From assembly GCF_036321535.1 (NCBI RefSeq), contig NC_087438.1, positions 14,014,001-14,078,000 of the forward strand: a stretch of 64,000 nt of DNA, read 5' to 3'. Each line of letters starts with the position of its first letter. The stretch's first letter is position 1. The notes under the pieces were generated by a model, which saw nothing but the letters and a program-made list of their open reading frames with translations, was not told the origin of the DNA and ran no database searches. Shown here piece by piece: positions 40,335 through 53,624 of this stretch. The DNA comes from Camelus dromedarius (Eukaryota). The translations under genes and the position numbers were made by a program.

Positions 40335-42895
40335 ATAGATTTCAGCAAAAATGGTAAAGACCTCTAAAATTTTCTCCTCCAGAAAAGCAGTAAAAATTGT
40401 AAGAATCAACTTTTTCAGAGCTCTGGAAATTAACCAAAGACTTGTAATATTCCAGGGAGATGTAAGCAAGAAAAACAGCTGAGTCTTGGTGTGAACAGTG
40501 AGTTTTGTGGTGTTTTAATGTGTCTATTTCCATCCTCCCTCTAGCCCCGACAGCTCCACAGTAGTCTTGAAAAGCAACATCCTGAAATCACAGAAAAACC
40601 CACAAGGAGAAGTCTAGGACCAGAAAGCCTCACTGATTATTTTTACCAAACAGTGAACTAATTAACATCAATCCTTTATAAACTTCTTTAAAAAAATAAT
40701 TTACTATTCATTACATGAGGCCAGCATTATACTGACACCAAAACCGATAGAAATACCAGAAAGAGACAAAATCTACAGATCCATATACCTTTTGGGGACA
40801 CAACAATCTTCAAATATTAGCAAATCGAATCCAGCAACATACCAAAAGATTATAACCAGGATTAAGTGTGATTTACCCAGGAAAACAAGGTTGTTTAAAA
40901 CATACCAGAATCAATCTATAAAATACAACATACCGGTATTATAAAGGACAAATTATATGATTGTCTTATGGATTCTGAAAAACCATTTGACAAAATCTGA
41001 CACCCTTTCATGATAAAAAACAATGAGCAAAGGAATAGAAGGTAGCATCCTCAACCTGATGGACTGCATCTACAACAGACCAACAGTTAACATCATAATT
41101 AACAGTGAAAGACTGAAAGCTTTCTTCCAAGGATCAAAAGCAAGACACTCTTGCCAATGCCAACTCTATTCAGCTGGAGGTTCTAGCCAGGGCATTCAAG
41201 TAGGACAAAAAAAAAAAAAAAAAGGAATCCACTTTAGGAGAAACAAAACAAAATTATCTGTATTTACAGATCACATGATTTTTTTTGAATATACAAAATC
41301 CTGAACAGACCACCAAACTTAATAGAGCTAAAAATAAAACAAAACAAGTTTAGCAAGTTTTAAGATACAAGATGAATATAAAAAATAAATTTTATTTCTA
41401 TAGACTAGCAATAAATAGTTAAATTTAAATTAAGAAATCAATTTAAAATAGCATTAATGATAATAAAACATTTAGGAATAAATATAATAAAAGTAGAGTA
41501 AATGCATAGTATAAAAACTATAAAATATTCCTGAAAAAAATGTAAAAGGCCCAAATTGTTCATCAGTAGGAAAATTAAATATTGTTAATTATGCAATATT
41601 TATGTTAATCTCCACCAAAATCCTAACTTTTTTGTAGAAATTTCCAAGCTGTATGTAAAATTCATATAGAAATGCAAGGTATCCTAAATAGCCAAAATAA
41701 TTTTGATGAAGAACAAATTTGGAAAACTAGACAGTTTAGGCTCCAAAACTTACTACAAAGCCACAGTACTCAAGAACATGTGTGGTACCAGGATAAGGAT
41801 GAGCACAGATCAGTGGAATAGAAATAAAAGTTCAGAAATAAACCCATACCTTAAGGTCAACTGATGTTCAATATGTTTGTCAAGGCAATTTAATGGAGGA
41901 AAGAATACTCTTTCCAACAAATTTGAAAGGACAACTAGATATACATATGCAAAAAATGAAATTGCACCCCAGCCTCACATCACATATCAAATCAAATCAA
42001 AGTGGATTTAAAAAAAAAAAAAAAAAACACTGAAAGTAAGAGCTAAACCTGAAAAAAAAATCTTAATATAAAACCAAGGCGTAAATTTTTGTAGCACTGG
42101 GATAGGGAATGTTTTCTAGCTTTGACACCAAAAGCACAAGCAACCAAATAAAAAAAAAAAAACGACTGAACATTATCAACATTAAAAACTCTAGCACTTC
42201 AAAGCACACTATGAAGGAAGTGAAAAGACCACTCAGAGTGGGAGGACTATTTCAAGCCATACATCTAATAAGGGTCTAATATCTAGAATTTATAAATGAC
42301 ATTGAAAACTCAACAATAAAAAAGACAAATAGCTCAAATGAAAACTTACAAAAACACACATTTCTCAAAAGAATCTATCTGCATAACCAGTAAGTACATA
42401 AAAAGGTGATCACCATCATTTGGTAGTCATTAGGAAATGAAAATTAAAACTGAAATAAGCTAACACTTCACACCCCCTAGGATTTTTAAAAGATTGAAAA
42501 TACAAGTGTTCACAAGGATGTGCAGAAATTTGAAGGCTCATACATTTCTGACAGAAGTATAAAATGGTATAGTCATTCTGAGAAACATTTAGCAACTTTT
42601 CAAAGTGTCACATTTTTATTTACCATATGACCCAGTGATTCTAGCTTTCAGTATGTACCCAAGAGAAATGAAAATAAATTTCACACAACTTCTAAATAAA
42701 TGTGGTTGCCAGGGGCTGGGGCACGGAGGGTGGCTACTAATGAGTATGAGGATTTGGGGAGGTGATATAAATATTCTCAGATTAGAGAGTTGTGATAGTT
42801 ACGTACCTTTGTGTGTATGTTAAAAGCCAGTGAATTGTAAACTTTAAAATGGATGAATATTATATTTGGTGATTTAAATCTCAACAGAAAACTAG
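40335..42895 (+). mobile_element. L1MB-like element (5' UTR piece joined to mid-ORF2 through 3' UTR) nested in an older L1
   Basis: 5' UTR-type aatcaactttttcagagctctggaaattaacc near 40405; ORF2 from about 40605; 3' UTR near 42700-42890; TACATAAA at 40325-40332 and 42901-42908. Confidence 0.75.
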
Positions 42896-43627
42896 TCAAC
42901 TACATAAATATACTATATACCAATTAAAAGGCAGAAATTGTTAGATTGAGTTGAAAAAAAAAAAAGACCCAGCTACCTGCTGCCTTCAATAATGTACTTT
43001 AAATGAAAATACATCAGAAGGCTGAAAGTAAAGAATAAAAAGTGATATACAAGCTAATTATAATTATAAAAAAGCAAAGCTTATGCATATCAGACAAATT
43101 ATACTGCAATACAAAGTATATTATAAGAGATAAAGGAAAAATATCATGATTCATCAAGAGCAAATAAAAATCCAAAATATGCATAAACCTAATTACAGAA
43201 CACAAAAATTCATGAAGCAAAAATTGACACAATTAACAGGAGGAACAGAGTAATACAATTAAAGGTGCTAAATTTAACATATCACTCTCAGTGAATGATA
43301 GAATAAATACACAAATTTATAAAGGAAAGAGAAAACCATGATTATATTATTTATCAATTTAACCAAATTGATTTTATAAAACACTGTGCTTAACAACTGC
43401 ATGAAACATATTCTTGTCAAACTCAGAAGAAATGTTTAGAGAGAACATATGCTTGACTATACCAGTAACAATAAATTTCCAAAGGATGTAAACTAACAGA
43501 GCATGCTATCTGATGAAAATGGAAAAACATACAAATGGATGAAAATAAGATACACAGAAAAAGACAAATATTTGGAGTTAAATAACATACCTCTAAATAA
43601 AATAAGGGGAGTCAAAAGAAGATTTAA

Positions 43628-43881
43628 CAAAAATAAATGAGACTACATCAAACTGAAAAGCGTTTGCACAGTGAAAGAAACTTAGAGTTAAACTCTAAGA
43701 GTTCTCACCAGAAGGAAAAATATAATTTTTCTTTAGTTTTGTATGAGATCCATATGAGACGATGTATATTTACTGAACTCATTGTGAAAGTCATTTCATG
43801 GATGCATGTAAGTCAAATCATTATCCTGTACTTATACAGTGCTGTGTATCGATTATATCCTGATATAACTGGAAGAAAAAT
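43628..43881 (+). mobile_element. Small L1 insert: about 55 bp of ORF2 fused to a 3' UTR tail
   Basis: gactacatcaaactgaaaagcgtttgcacag followed directly by ctaagagttctcacca...cttatacagtgctgtgt; flanks aaagaagatttaa / aaagaagaattaa. Confidence 0.75.
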
Positions 43882-43993
43882 AAAGAAGAATTAATATGTT
43901 GAATTGAAACATAAAGAAAACACAATATATCCAAATGTATGGGATACAGCTAAAGCTATGTTTAGAGAGAATCGTATGGTTTAAATGTATATA

Positions 43994-44212
43994 TAGTTGA
44001 TCCTTGGACAACATGGGGGTTAGGGGTACTGAACCTCCAGGAAGCTGAGAATCTACAGATAACTTTGCAGTTGGCCCTCCATATTCTTGGTTCTATGTTC
44101 TCATACTCTACAACTGCAGACTGTGTAGTACTGCAGGAAGTATTTATTGAAAAAAAATCTGTGCATAAGTGGACTCATGCAGTTCAAATCTGTATTGTTC
44201 AAGGGTCAACTT
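43994..44212. mobile_element. MER8 (Tigger2-derived MITE)
   Basis: tagttgatccttggacaacatggggg...aagtggactcatgcagttcaaa...tgttcaagggtcaact. Confidence 0.88.
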
Positions 44213-44349
44213 TAGTATAGAAAATGTCCAGAAGCATTGATTTAAATTTCTACATCAAGATGATAGAAAAAAAATTAAACTTCAGGAATCTAGACAAAAA
44301 ATAGTTCTACATCATTGCCATTAAGAAAACTCAACACTATAGTTTAGAC

Positions 44350-44510
44350 CACATACTTCTTTACTAAGGGAGGTCTTCCTGCACATTGTTGGATGTTTAC
44401 TAGAATTTGTATCATCTACCCACATTTTGCCAGTAGCAGTTTATCCCAGTCTCTAGATATTCCCAAATGTCACCTGGGAAGCAAAACTACCACTAGGTAA
44501 GAACCTGCTT
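44350..44510 (-). mobile_element. MER20 fragment
   Basis: tcctgcacattgttggatgttta...ctacccac...gccagtagca...ccaaatgtcacctggg. Confidence 0.65.
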
Positions 44511-45879
44511 GAGGCACAATTTCACCACTGAATGCTTTTAAACATTTAAGCCAGAGAAAATACCAACATGACATGGTCCCTTCCAGAAAATAGAGACTGC
44601 TTCCAAACATATTTTATGAAAACAATATTATTTTGATGTTAAATCAGGTAACTATTAAAGTCAAATACCCCTTATAAAAATACATGGACTATGTTTTATA
44701 ATATATAAATAAGCAAATCAAATCCAGCATTGTATGAAATGAATAGCATACCATGGGCAAGTGAAGTCGATGACATTCATAAAAAGTTTGTTTTGCGTTC
44801 AAAAAAATCCCCAAAATGAAATTAACCACTTCAACACAGTTAAGGACAATAATTATATGGTTATCTCAATAAATGCATAAGAGGCATTCAACAAAAGTTA
44901 ATGTGCATTCATGACACACTCAACACATTAGAAATGGAAGGAAATTCAAACCTGATAAGCAGCACTTCAAAGAGGTAAAGCTAACATCAGATCAGAAAGA
45001 CAAACATCCAGGTATCTTTCCTGATAAGACTGAGCATGTAAGCATGTGCATTTTTACTATTTATATTCAACATCGTATTGAAAATCTTAGACATTACAAT
45101 CAAACAAAATAAAACAAACAAGAAAATCTACACGGATCAGAAAGGAAGAAGTAACCTGCCTGTATTCATGGATAGCATATTCATCTTCCTGTAAAACACT
45201 AAGGAATCTATGTGTACAGACACACTCACACAAAGTAACTATCCTGGTGAATTTAACAAAGTCAGAGGATCCAAGGATGGTATTTAAAAGCTGAATGTCT
45301 TTCCACATACTAGCAACAAAAATAAAATTAAGACATTTATGAATACAATTTATGATAGCATTAGAAAGCCTAAATACTTAGGAATAAATTTAAAGAAAGT
45401 TGTGTAAAGATCCCTTTACTTAAAACTACAAACTACTGCTTGAAAATTTTAAAAAGCAAGACAAAAAGACAGCTCTAGTATATTCATAGATTGGAAGGGT
45501 CCACAAAATTGTCATTTTTTTTTTACTAAAATTGACCCATGGAGTATATGATATTCTAATCAATATCACCCTGGGACTTTTTGTAGAAATTGATAAGCTA
45601 AATCTAAAAATTATATGGAATTGCCAATGACTTACAGTAGTAAAAGTAGTTTTTGAAAAGAAGAACATAATTGGCAGATTCTCACTACTTGATTTCAGAT
45701 CTCATAGGGAAACTACATTTGTATACTGCATTTATGATAATTTGAATTTCAACAAAGTTTATAATATAACTTCATAATTTAATTTAATGAAAAGTACTGT
45801 AATTTAATAGGGACATTTCTTCAAAAGTTCAAGGAAAAGAAGCAGATGGATCTCCAAAATTCTAATAACAAGATGCCAG

Positions 45880-46905
45880 CTAAGAAAACTACTCAGCTGC
45901 AGATGCATTCTGACTTTTATGTAAAAGAGGAAGGATGACACAGTCTCAGAAAAGAGACTCCAGAGGGTGGTGTCATGATTATTCCTACACCTAGAGACCT
46001 AATTAAGGAACTTCCAGGATTTGCCTGACTGAATTCCAAATTTGCTATGGGCCAGTGACTCCTCTGTGTCTCCAATTTGTTCTTTTTGAATATATGTTAG
46101 TTTTCCTATGCCTGTACTGTCATTGCGTGTATGGTGCAAATAATGTCTTTATATTTTCATAGAGTGACAAATCAAAAAGAAATATATTAAAGGATATGTG
46201 CTTCAGGACCTGTACCCAAAGAGCCACATCTGCAGCTGGACTTGAATTAGATGATGAAATTCTGGACGTTGAGCTAACACTATAATGGGATGATACCTGT
46301 GGGGACCTTGGGTGGAAAGTGTATTTTGTAGGAGAAACACAAATCACTGGGGAGTCAGAGGGCAGACTGTGGTAGGCAGCTATTGGAATTACCCATAATA
46401 ATTACTGTCTCCTGCTGTTTACACACTTTTGTAATTCCCTATCCTTAAATATGAGTGGGACATAATAACTCCTTCTAATTGGATAAAAGTGATGAGTTGT
46501 CATGTTGAAAAATACTTATAAAAACTATTGGCTTCTGCCGTGATTGTGCATTCTTGTCATTTGTAATTCTTTGCTGCTCTCCTTCCTTCTTGGAGCCCTG
46601 AGGGAAGCAAGATAACCACACATGAGAATCCCTGTAGATTAGCTTACACAGCAAGATGTCTCCAACCAACTGACTTTGTGGACCTAACACCTCCCAAACA
46701 GACATATGAGTGAACTTGGATGAGGATATTTTGCAAAATTTGTCTTCAAGATGACTGCGGCCCCACCAGTCAACTTGATCTTATGAAAGATTCTGAATCC
46801 AGACACCCAGAGGAACCATGCCTGAATTTCTGACTTACAGAAATTGTGAGATAATAAGTATTTGCTGTTTTCAGCCACTGATATTTGGGAAATAAGTAAT
46901 CCACT
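45880..46905 (+). mobile_element. MLT1 internal 3' portion plus 3' LTR (LTR from 46368; MLT1E/F/G-like)
   Basis: Internal motifs gctatgggccagtgactcct and tggacttgaattagatgatga; purine-rich ggggagtcagagggcagac then TGTGGTAGGCAG; LTR end cagaaattgtgagataataag...gctgttttcagccactg. Confidence 0.75.
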
Positions 46906-47814
46906 AGTGATGGATAAAGATGTATTTCAAAACAGTATGCTGAATAACATAAGCCAAACACAAAAAAGCACATATATTTGTTCCATTTGTATGAATGTAT
47001 AGAATAGATAAAACTAAGCTACAGTTAGATAAGTCACACCAGTGGTTGTCAGGAGGAAGGGGTGTAGCTGATTGCCACATTTTCATTATCTTGACTGGGA
47101 TGGTTTACAGAATTTTCAAATGTCTTCAGACTACGCACTTATTATAGTCCCATTATATTTCATACACAGTGTACCTCTTTTTATTATTCATAATTATACA
47201 AATTTCTTAAGCTCCAAGAATATACTGCAACAGTTACTACATAAAAAAGATAATTACTGATATAGACAGTATATCCACCATTGAACTTACAATTTAAAAT
47301 AAAATACAGCAAGAATGCAATAAGTTTACTTCAAAATTTCCTTAACTTACTAAGGTTATTTTGGCGAATGAATGAGGTAAAATGATCTATCATTTCAGGT
47401 GCAGTGTTAATAAGGCTTTGAACATGACCCACTTCACTCATACCCAAACATATATCTCAATTATATTAGGCTTGGTAAGAAAAATAATACTTAGAAATTT
47501 GGTAAGAACAACAAGTTATTTGAAACTGCCTTGTAGGACTTTAAACTTAAAACTTGAAAATAAAAGTCTACCTTGAAAAGTAAAGGGTTATAATTGTTCT
47601 ATAGCTTACTGGATATAGAAATACTCAGATTCTTTTCCATTCTGTATCCTCTTTGTAGATCTATTTAAATAATCTTCCTTTAAAATGTTCCTTCCTTTTT
47701 ATAAAACTATGATCCTACAGTTAATGAATTAGTATCTTGAGCCAACTTTGGAGTGATAGAACCTTACTGTCACTCTTTTTCCTACAAAAAACATAGAAAC
47801 TACATTTATTTTGT

Positions 47815-48075
47815 GCTTATTATATCCTCCAAACGTCCATGTCCTATTAATGTTATTTTACAAGAAAAAACAGGCTTTGCTGATGTGAATAAATTAAGAG
47901 GAGATAGTCCTGGATTGTCCCCATGTTTCCAATGTAACAAGTGTGCTTATAAGAGAAAGAAAGAGGTCGGAGAGTCAGAGAAAAGATACAAAGACAGAAG
48001 CAGAAGTCAGGGGGAGAGAGAGAGACAGAAGCATAGAGAGAAAAATTTGAAGATGCTATGCTACTTGGCTTAAAG
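47815..48075 (+). mobile_element. MLT1D-like LTR, 5' half only
   Basis: ggctttgctgatgtgaataaattaag...gagatagtcctggatt...gaagatgctatgctacttggcttaaaga. Confidence 0.7.
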
Positions 48076-48089
48076 ATTTAATAATGGGA

Positions 48090-49849
48090 TACATAATGCA
48101 TCAGTCATACATGAACATACACATATTCATTTTCATATTCTTTTCACCATAAGTTACTATAAGATATTGAATATAGTTTCCTGTGCTATTCAGTATGAAC
48201 TTATTGTTTATCTATTTTATATATATATAATATATATTTTATTATATTTTATTATAGGTTACTACAAGATAAAGAATATAGTTTCCTGTGCTATACAGTA
48301 TAAACTTGCTTATCTATTTCATATATATTAGTATCTGCAAATCACAAACTCCCAATTTATCCCTTCCCACCCCTTCCTTTACTCTCTGGTAACCATAAGT
48401 TTGTCTTCTATGTCTGTGAGTCTGTTTCTGTTTTGTAAATAAGTTTGTCTGTCTTTTTCTTTTGGATTCCACATATAAGTGGTATCATACAGTATTTTTC
48501 TTTCTCTTTCTGTCTTACTTCACTTAGAATGACGATCTCCAGATCCAACCATGTTGCTGCAAATGACACTATTTTATTCTTTTTTATGGCTGAGTAGTAT
48601 TTCATTGTATAAATGTACCACAACTTTTTTATTCAGTCATCTGTCAATGGACATTTAGGTTGTTTCCATGTCTTGGCTATTGTAAATAGTGCTGCTATGA
48701 TTGGGGTGCATGTATCTTTTTGAATTAAGGTTCACTCTGGATATATGCCCAGGAATGGGATTGGTGGATCATACGGTAAGTCTATTTTTAGTCTTTTGAG
48801 GAATCTCCAAACTATTTTCCATATTGGCTGTACCAAACTACATTCCCACCAACAGCGTAGGAGGGTTCCCTTTTCTCCACAGCCTCTCCAGCATTTATTG
48901 TTTATGGACTTCTGAATGATGGCCATTCTGACTGGTGTGAAATGATAATTTATTATACTGTTGATTTGCATTTCTCTGCTAATTAGCAATATTTAGCATT
49001 TTTTTTTTTAATATGACCATTTGGCTATTTGTATGTCTTCATTGGAGAATTGCTTGTTTAGGTCTTCTGCCTTTTTTTGGATTGGGTTGTTTGGTTTTTT
49101 TCTTATTAAGTTGGATGAGCTATCTATACATTCTGGAAATTAAGCCTTATTAGTCTCATCTTTTGCAAATATTTTCTCCCATTTTGTAGGTTGTCTTTTT
49201 GTTTTGTTTATGGTTTCCTTTGCTGTGCAAAAGCTTATAAGACTTATACACAGAGAACTACAAATTACTAAGGAAATTAAAGATGACTTAAAGAAATGGA
49301 AAGATACCCCATGTTCTTGGATTAGAAGAATTCATATCATTAAAATGGCTATACTATCCAAAGCAACATACATATTTAATGCAATCCCTATCAAATTACT
49401 CAGGACATTTTTCACAGAGCTAGAACAAATAATCATAAAATGTATATGGAATCACAAGTGACCCAGAACTGCCAAAGCAATACTGAAGAAAAAGAATGAA
49501 GCTGGAGGAATAAAACAGTAATCAAAACAACACGGTATTGGTACAAAAACAGACATATGGATCAGTGGAACAGAATAGAGAGTCCAGAAATAAACCCATG
49601 AACTTTTCATCAATTAATCTTTGACAAAAGAGGAAGAGCATACAATGGAGTAAAAACAGTCTCTTCAGCAAATGGTGTTGGGAAAACTGGACAGCTGTGT
49701 ATAAATCAATGAAGTTAGAATACTCCCTCACATCATACACAAAAATAAAATCAAAATGGCTTAAAGCCTTAAATATAAGATAAGATGCTATAAACCTCTT
49801 AGAATAAAACATAGGAAAAAACACTATCTTACATAAATCTTAGCAATGT
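48090..49849 (-). mobile_element. L1 with 5' inversion (twin priming): minus-strand 48090-49241, inverted segment 49242-49849
   Basis: ORF2 C-terminal ORFs on minus (48408-48623, 48732-48989); upstream ORF2 on plus ([18 protein letters not shown]); junction aagcttatAAGacttatac. Confidence 0.9.
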
Positions 49850-52177
49850 ACCCAATCATGTTGTTGTTGTTAGTTAATTTTCCCAAGGTTACAAAGCAAT
49901 TATGTAAAGTAATTTAGATCTGAACCACTTAATTTCAGAACCTGGAGTTTCATATTTAGACAAATGACATTATTGCATAATACACATACGTAGTTAATGA
50001 AAAGTCTAAATGGCCTAACTTGTAGATACATTTTCCAGCCTTCTGCAATAGTCATATATTAAATTTAAACATTAATTATATGTATCCTCTTAAATAATGT
50101 GAATAACAATCAAAGGCTGATGAATTGTACAATATTTCTATTATACTTTTCTTCTGTTATTTACAGCGTATGCCATGTAACTTACATAGATCACATCTTT
50201 CTACATGATGGGGGTTACATAAAAGTGATTCCTCGTGTCTGTTTTATATTTCAGCAGCTATATATTCAACACTTACTAAGCACCAACTAACCTGAACAAC
50301 TATTAAGGGCCAGACCATATAAAAGTGCAAATTCAAGGACGAATAAAAGAGCATTCATGTTTAAGTTCTAGAGCCTACAAAACAAGATCAGATCAGGAGA
50401 ACTCTGAAGAAGTTGGGAGGGCTCAGATTCTTGAATGACGTGTCAAGGAGTTCAAAGGTTTTTACTGAAAGAAGATAAAAACTCTGCAATTATGTTGACT
50501 TTGAAAGGGGGATGTATATGTAGACAGAGAGTCAATGACAGAAGGAAAAACGAATTTTGGAGCAATAAAGCAATGTAGAGTTTGATTAAGAAGAGACAGA
50601 CTGTGGAAAACCTGACGAGTTAAGAGGCTGCACACATACACAGGTTTGACATGCAGAGACATTAGAGAGACAGTAAATAGGCCTTATATTTAAAGCCTAG
50701 AATTGTACTGATTTTATAACATAAGAAATAACAGGTAGAGTCAAGAGTGGCAATTTGTTTATGATCTTGGAGACTGAGAAGATTATGTCTCTTACAGATG
50801 AAAAGTAACATAGGAGACACCAAAATCAAGGGGTGGATTTTAAAATAGAAGAGGATATGAATAAAATGATACTTGGGGAAAACTGAGCTTTGAGCTATCT
50901 ATAAACTCAAAGTGGATCTGGGCAGGTGACAGTAAATGGCACATCAGAAAATAAAAGATATGGAGTATAAATCTAAAGGCTCTCATAGATGGTAATTTAA
51001 TCCAGAAAACAGATGAGAGCCCAAAACACTGGGTAAAAACACAAAAGCATCAATATTTAAGGAAAGAGCAGATAAACACTCACACCTCTAAACACACATA
51101 TATTAAAAAGAAAAGAAAAAGAAAGAAATAACTTCCTGGAGAGTTGTATGCAGCCTTTTCTCTACTCAACAAGATCCAAGGTCTCAATCACTTGGAAATA
51201 CTGCTGGTCTTCAAGGATCCCTCCAAAACAACACGAGTTTAGGATGGTAGAGAGGTGATGAGAAGCTAGAGCAGAAAATTGCCTGTATTTCAGAGCCCAA
51301 CAGCCAGGGCTCAAAATCCTTGAAATGTCTAGGCACCAAAGTGGTACTCAGAGCCAAGACAGCAGATGCTGGGAGGCAGGGGCAAGGAGTCAGACTGGAA
51401 CAACAGGTAGATCCCCATGACAACCAGGCCGTGAAGATGAAGATGCTTGAAGTAGTTGGCATACCGGCTCTCTGACAAAATTACAGGGAGATAGCTGAGT
51501 TGAAGTAGTCCAGGGGCATGGCCCTATTATCATATGAGACAGAGGCACGTGCTCTACAGAAGAAATTTTCACCAAGTGGGGCCCACAGGAACACTGCCCA
51601 TGAATATTAAGTATGTATTCACAATAACAACAGAAAATATGAAACACATGAAAAGGCGTCTGGACAAGCACAAGTGAGAACTGAAGTTGAGAAACAACTG
51701 ATTCGTAATGAGCAAAAACTGCAGATGTACAATCAGACAACAGAAAGATTATACTGCACAGAAAATGATTCTAGGAATAAAGGATGCAATTACAAAGATG
51801 CTTGAATAACAAGAAACTATTAAGAATGAACAGACATTTGAAAAAAATACATCTGGAAATAAATAATAGTATAGGAATCAAAATTTTAGTGGATGAATTA
51901 ACAGTGGATTTCATACAATAGAGGAAATACGAGGGAACTGGAAGGTAAGAGTATGAGTTGCATCCAAGGGGAGCAAAAGGAAGTTTTCTTTTCTCCTTCC
52001 CAAATGCATTCTTACTTCTGGCAATCAGCACAGCATAGTGTACCAGATTCTAGCAGACCTACGACTCAGGCAAGAGGAGGAGGGATCACTGACTAAGAGT
52101 AGGAATGCAGAGAGAGGCAAAGCATTGGTAATGGCTTATTTCTTATTTATTTATCTGTTCACAGGTACTCAATACTG

Positions 52178-52242
52178 AAGGAGAAAGGAAGGAAGGAAGG
52201 AAGGAAGGAAGGAAGGAAGGAAGGAAGGAAGGAAGGAAGGAA

Positions 52243-52291
<49 letters not shown>

Positions 52292-52435
52292 GAAGGAAGG
52301 AAGAAAGAAAGAAAGAAAGAAAGAAAGAGAAAGAAAGAAAAAGGAAGGAAGGAAGAAAAATAAAAGAAAGAGAAAATGAAAGAAAGAAAGAGGAATGGGT
52401 GGAGGTAGGGAGAGAGAAGGGAGGCGGAAGGGGAA
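52178..52435. repeat. Compound (GGAA)n/(GAAA)n polypurine microsatellite
   Basis: About 15 GGAA units, about 11 GAAA units, then degenerate purine sequence. Confidence 0.97.
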
Positions 52436-52886
52436 ATATTCATACAGAGAACAATGGCATTACTGTGCTCTAATTAAAATGGAATAAAAATGGAGTAATG
52501 AACAGTGGCACATATTGTCAGTGGGTTCTTTTAGAAAATAAGTAGATTTAACACAACTGGGTTATCCTTACGTTGAGTAAGCACGTAGACTTTTCTCTTA
52601 TGTAGTAATGACAAGCTGTTATTTTTTTCATGATTGAGTGACACCATATTAAAATGTGACTATATAAGTGGGTGCTTTGGAGTATGATATCAATTTTAGT
52701 ACTAAAAATGGAAATATGCAATAGTTTTGATTTTCTCATTTAAAAATTATAAGTAATAATGATGAACAGTCAAGATAATCATAGGGATAAAGAGTCATGA
52801 GATGCCAGTAAATCATTTATCATAATGCTTAGTAGCAAAAAACAAGCGCTTCAAAAGTAGATAATAAAATATTATATAACATAAAA

Positions 52887-53166
52887 CAGTCATCCCTTGG
52901 TACCCACAGGGGATTGGTTCCAGGACCCGCCTCGGATACCAAAATCCAGAGACCACAAGTCCCATAGTCGGGCCCTCCTATCTGTGGATTCCACAATCCC
53001 AAACTCAACCAACCATGGATTTTAAAAACAGTACACCATCCACATTTTGTGAATCTTCACCTAAGGATATGGACATATAGATGCGCCCAACTGTATATTT
53101 ATTGAAAAAAATCCGCATATAAGTGGACCCAAGCAGTTCAAATATACTTTGTTCAAGGGTCAACTG
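52887..53166. mobile_element. MER2B-like Tigger MITE
   Basis: MER2-type left end CAGTCATCCCTTGGTACCCACAGGGGATTGGTTCCAGGACC; Tigger2-type right end TTCAAGGGTCAACTG+TA. Confidence 0.85.
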
Positions 53167-53280
53167 TACCTAAATATTCACATTGCTATACACATGTTGA
53201 AAAAAATGCAAATATAAAGCATGAACAAGATATAAGGATATATTTTTTTTCCTTTCTTTCTACACAATGCTTACTAAAGA

Positions 53281-53620
53281 TGTGAAAATAAATAAAGGAA
53301 ACCTCATTTAAAAGTGGAGTTGCGGGGCTCTTCCAGGGGAGCCCTCACACATGTACCACTCAGAGCTTGCAGACTGCACCCACCAGAAGAAAGATTTCCC
53401 TCTGACCCACAAACAAGCTGCCCGCTGCCTGCAGTCAGTGAGACACAGCTCTCCCCAAGTTCTTCCCTTCCTCTATCAAAGAAAGCCCCTCTCCTCTGTT
53501 CTCTGGATCAGCCTACAGTTCAACAGTCTGCTTGCCCCAGATTGCAATTCTCTGCTATTCCCAAATAAATGTATTTTGCTGGTTAGACAACTGGCTCCTT
53601 TGTGATTGTTTAGGTAAGCA
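53281..53620 (+). repeat. ERV 5' LTR
   Basis: TGTGAAAATAAATAAAGGAAACCTCAT...GGTAAGCA; AATAAA near 53564; alignable with 59153-59490. Confidence 0.9.
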
Positions 53621-53624
53621 CACT

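Larger units (their letters stand above)
42900..45720 (+). mobile_element. Old L1 (L1MD/ME-like) ORF2 remnant with nested insertions; upstream part at about 39200-40330
   Basis: EN start caattaaaaggcagaaattg, then degenerate ORF2 motifs (tatgggatacagctaaagc, atctcaataaatgca, aaatacttaggaataaattt). Confidence 0.7.

Noticed and set aside
52887..53166. Apparently novel chimeric MITE with unlike termini (MER2 left, Tigger2 right)
   Set aside because: Matches the known MER2B-type architecture as I recall it.
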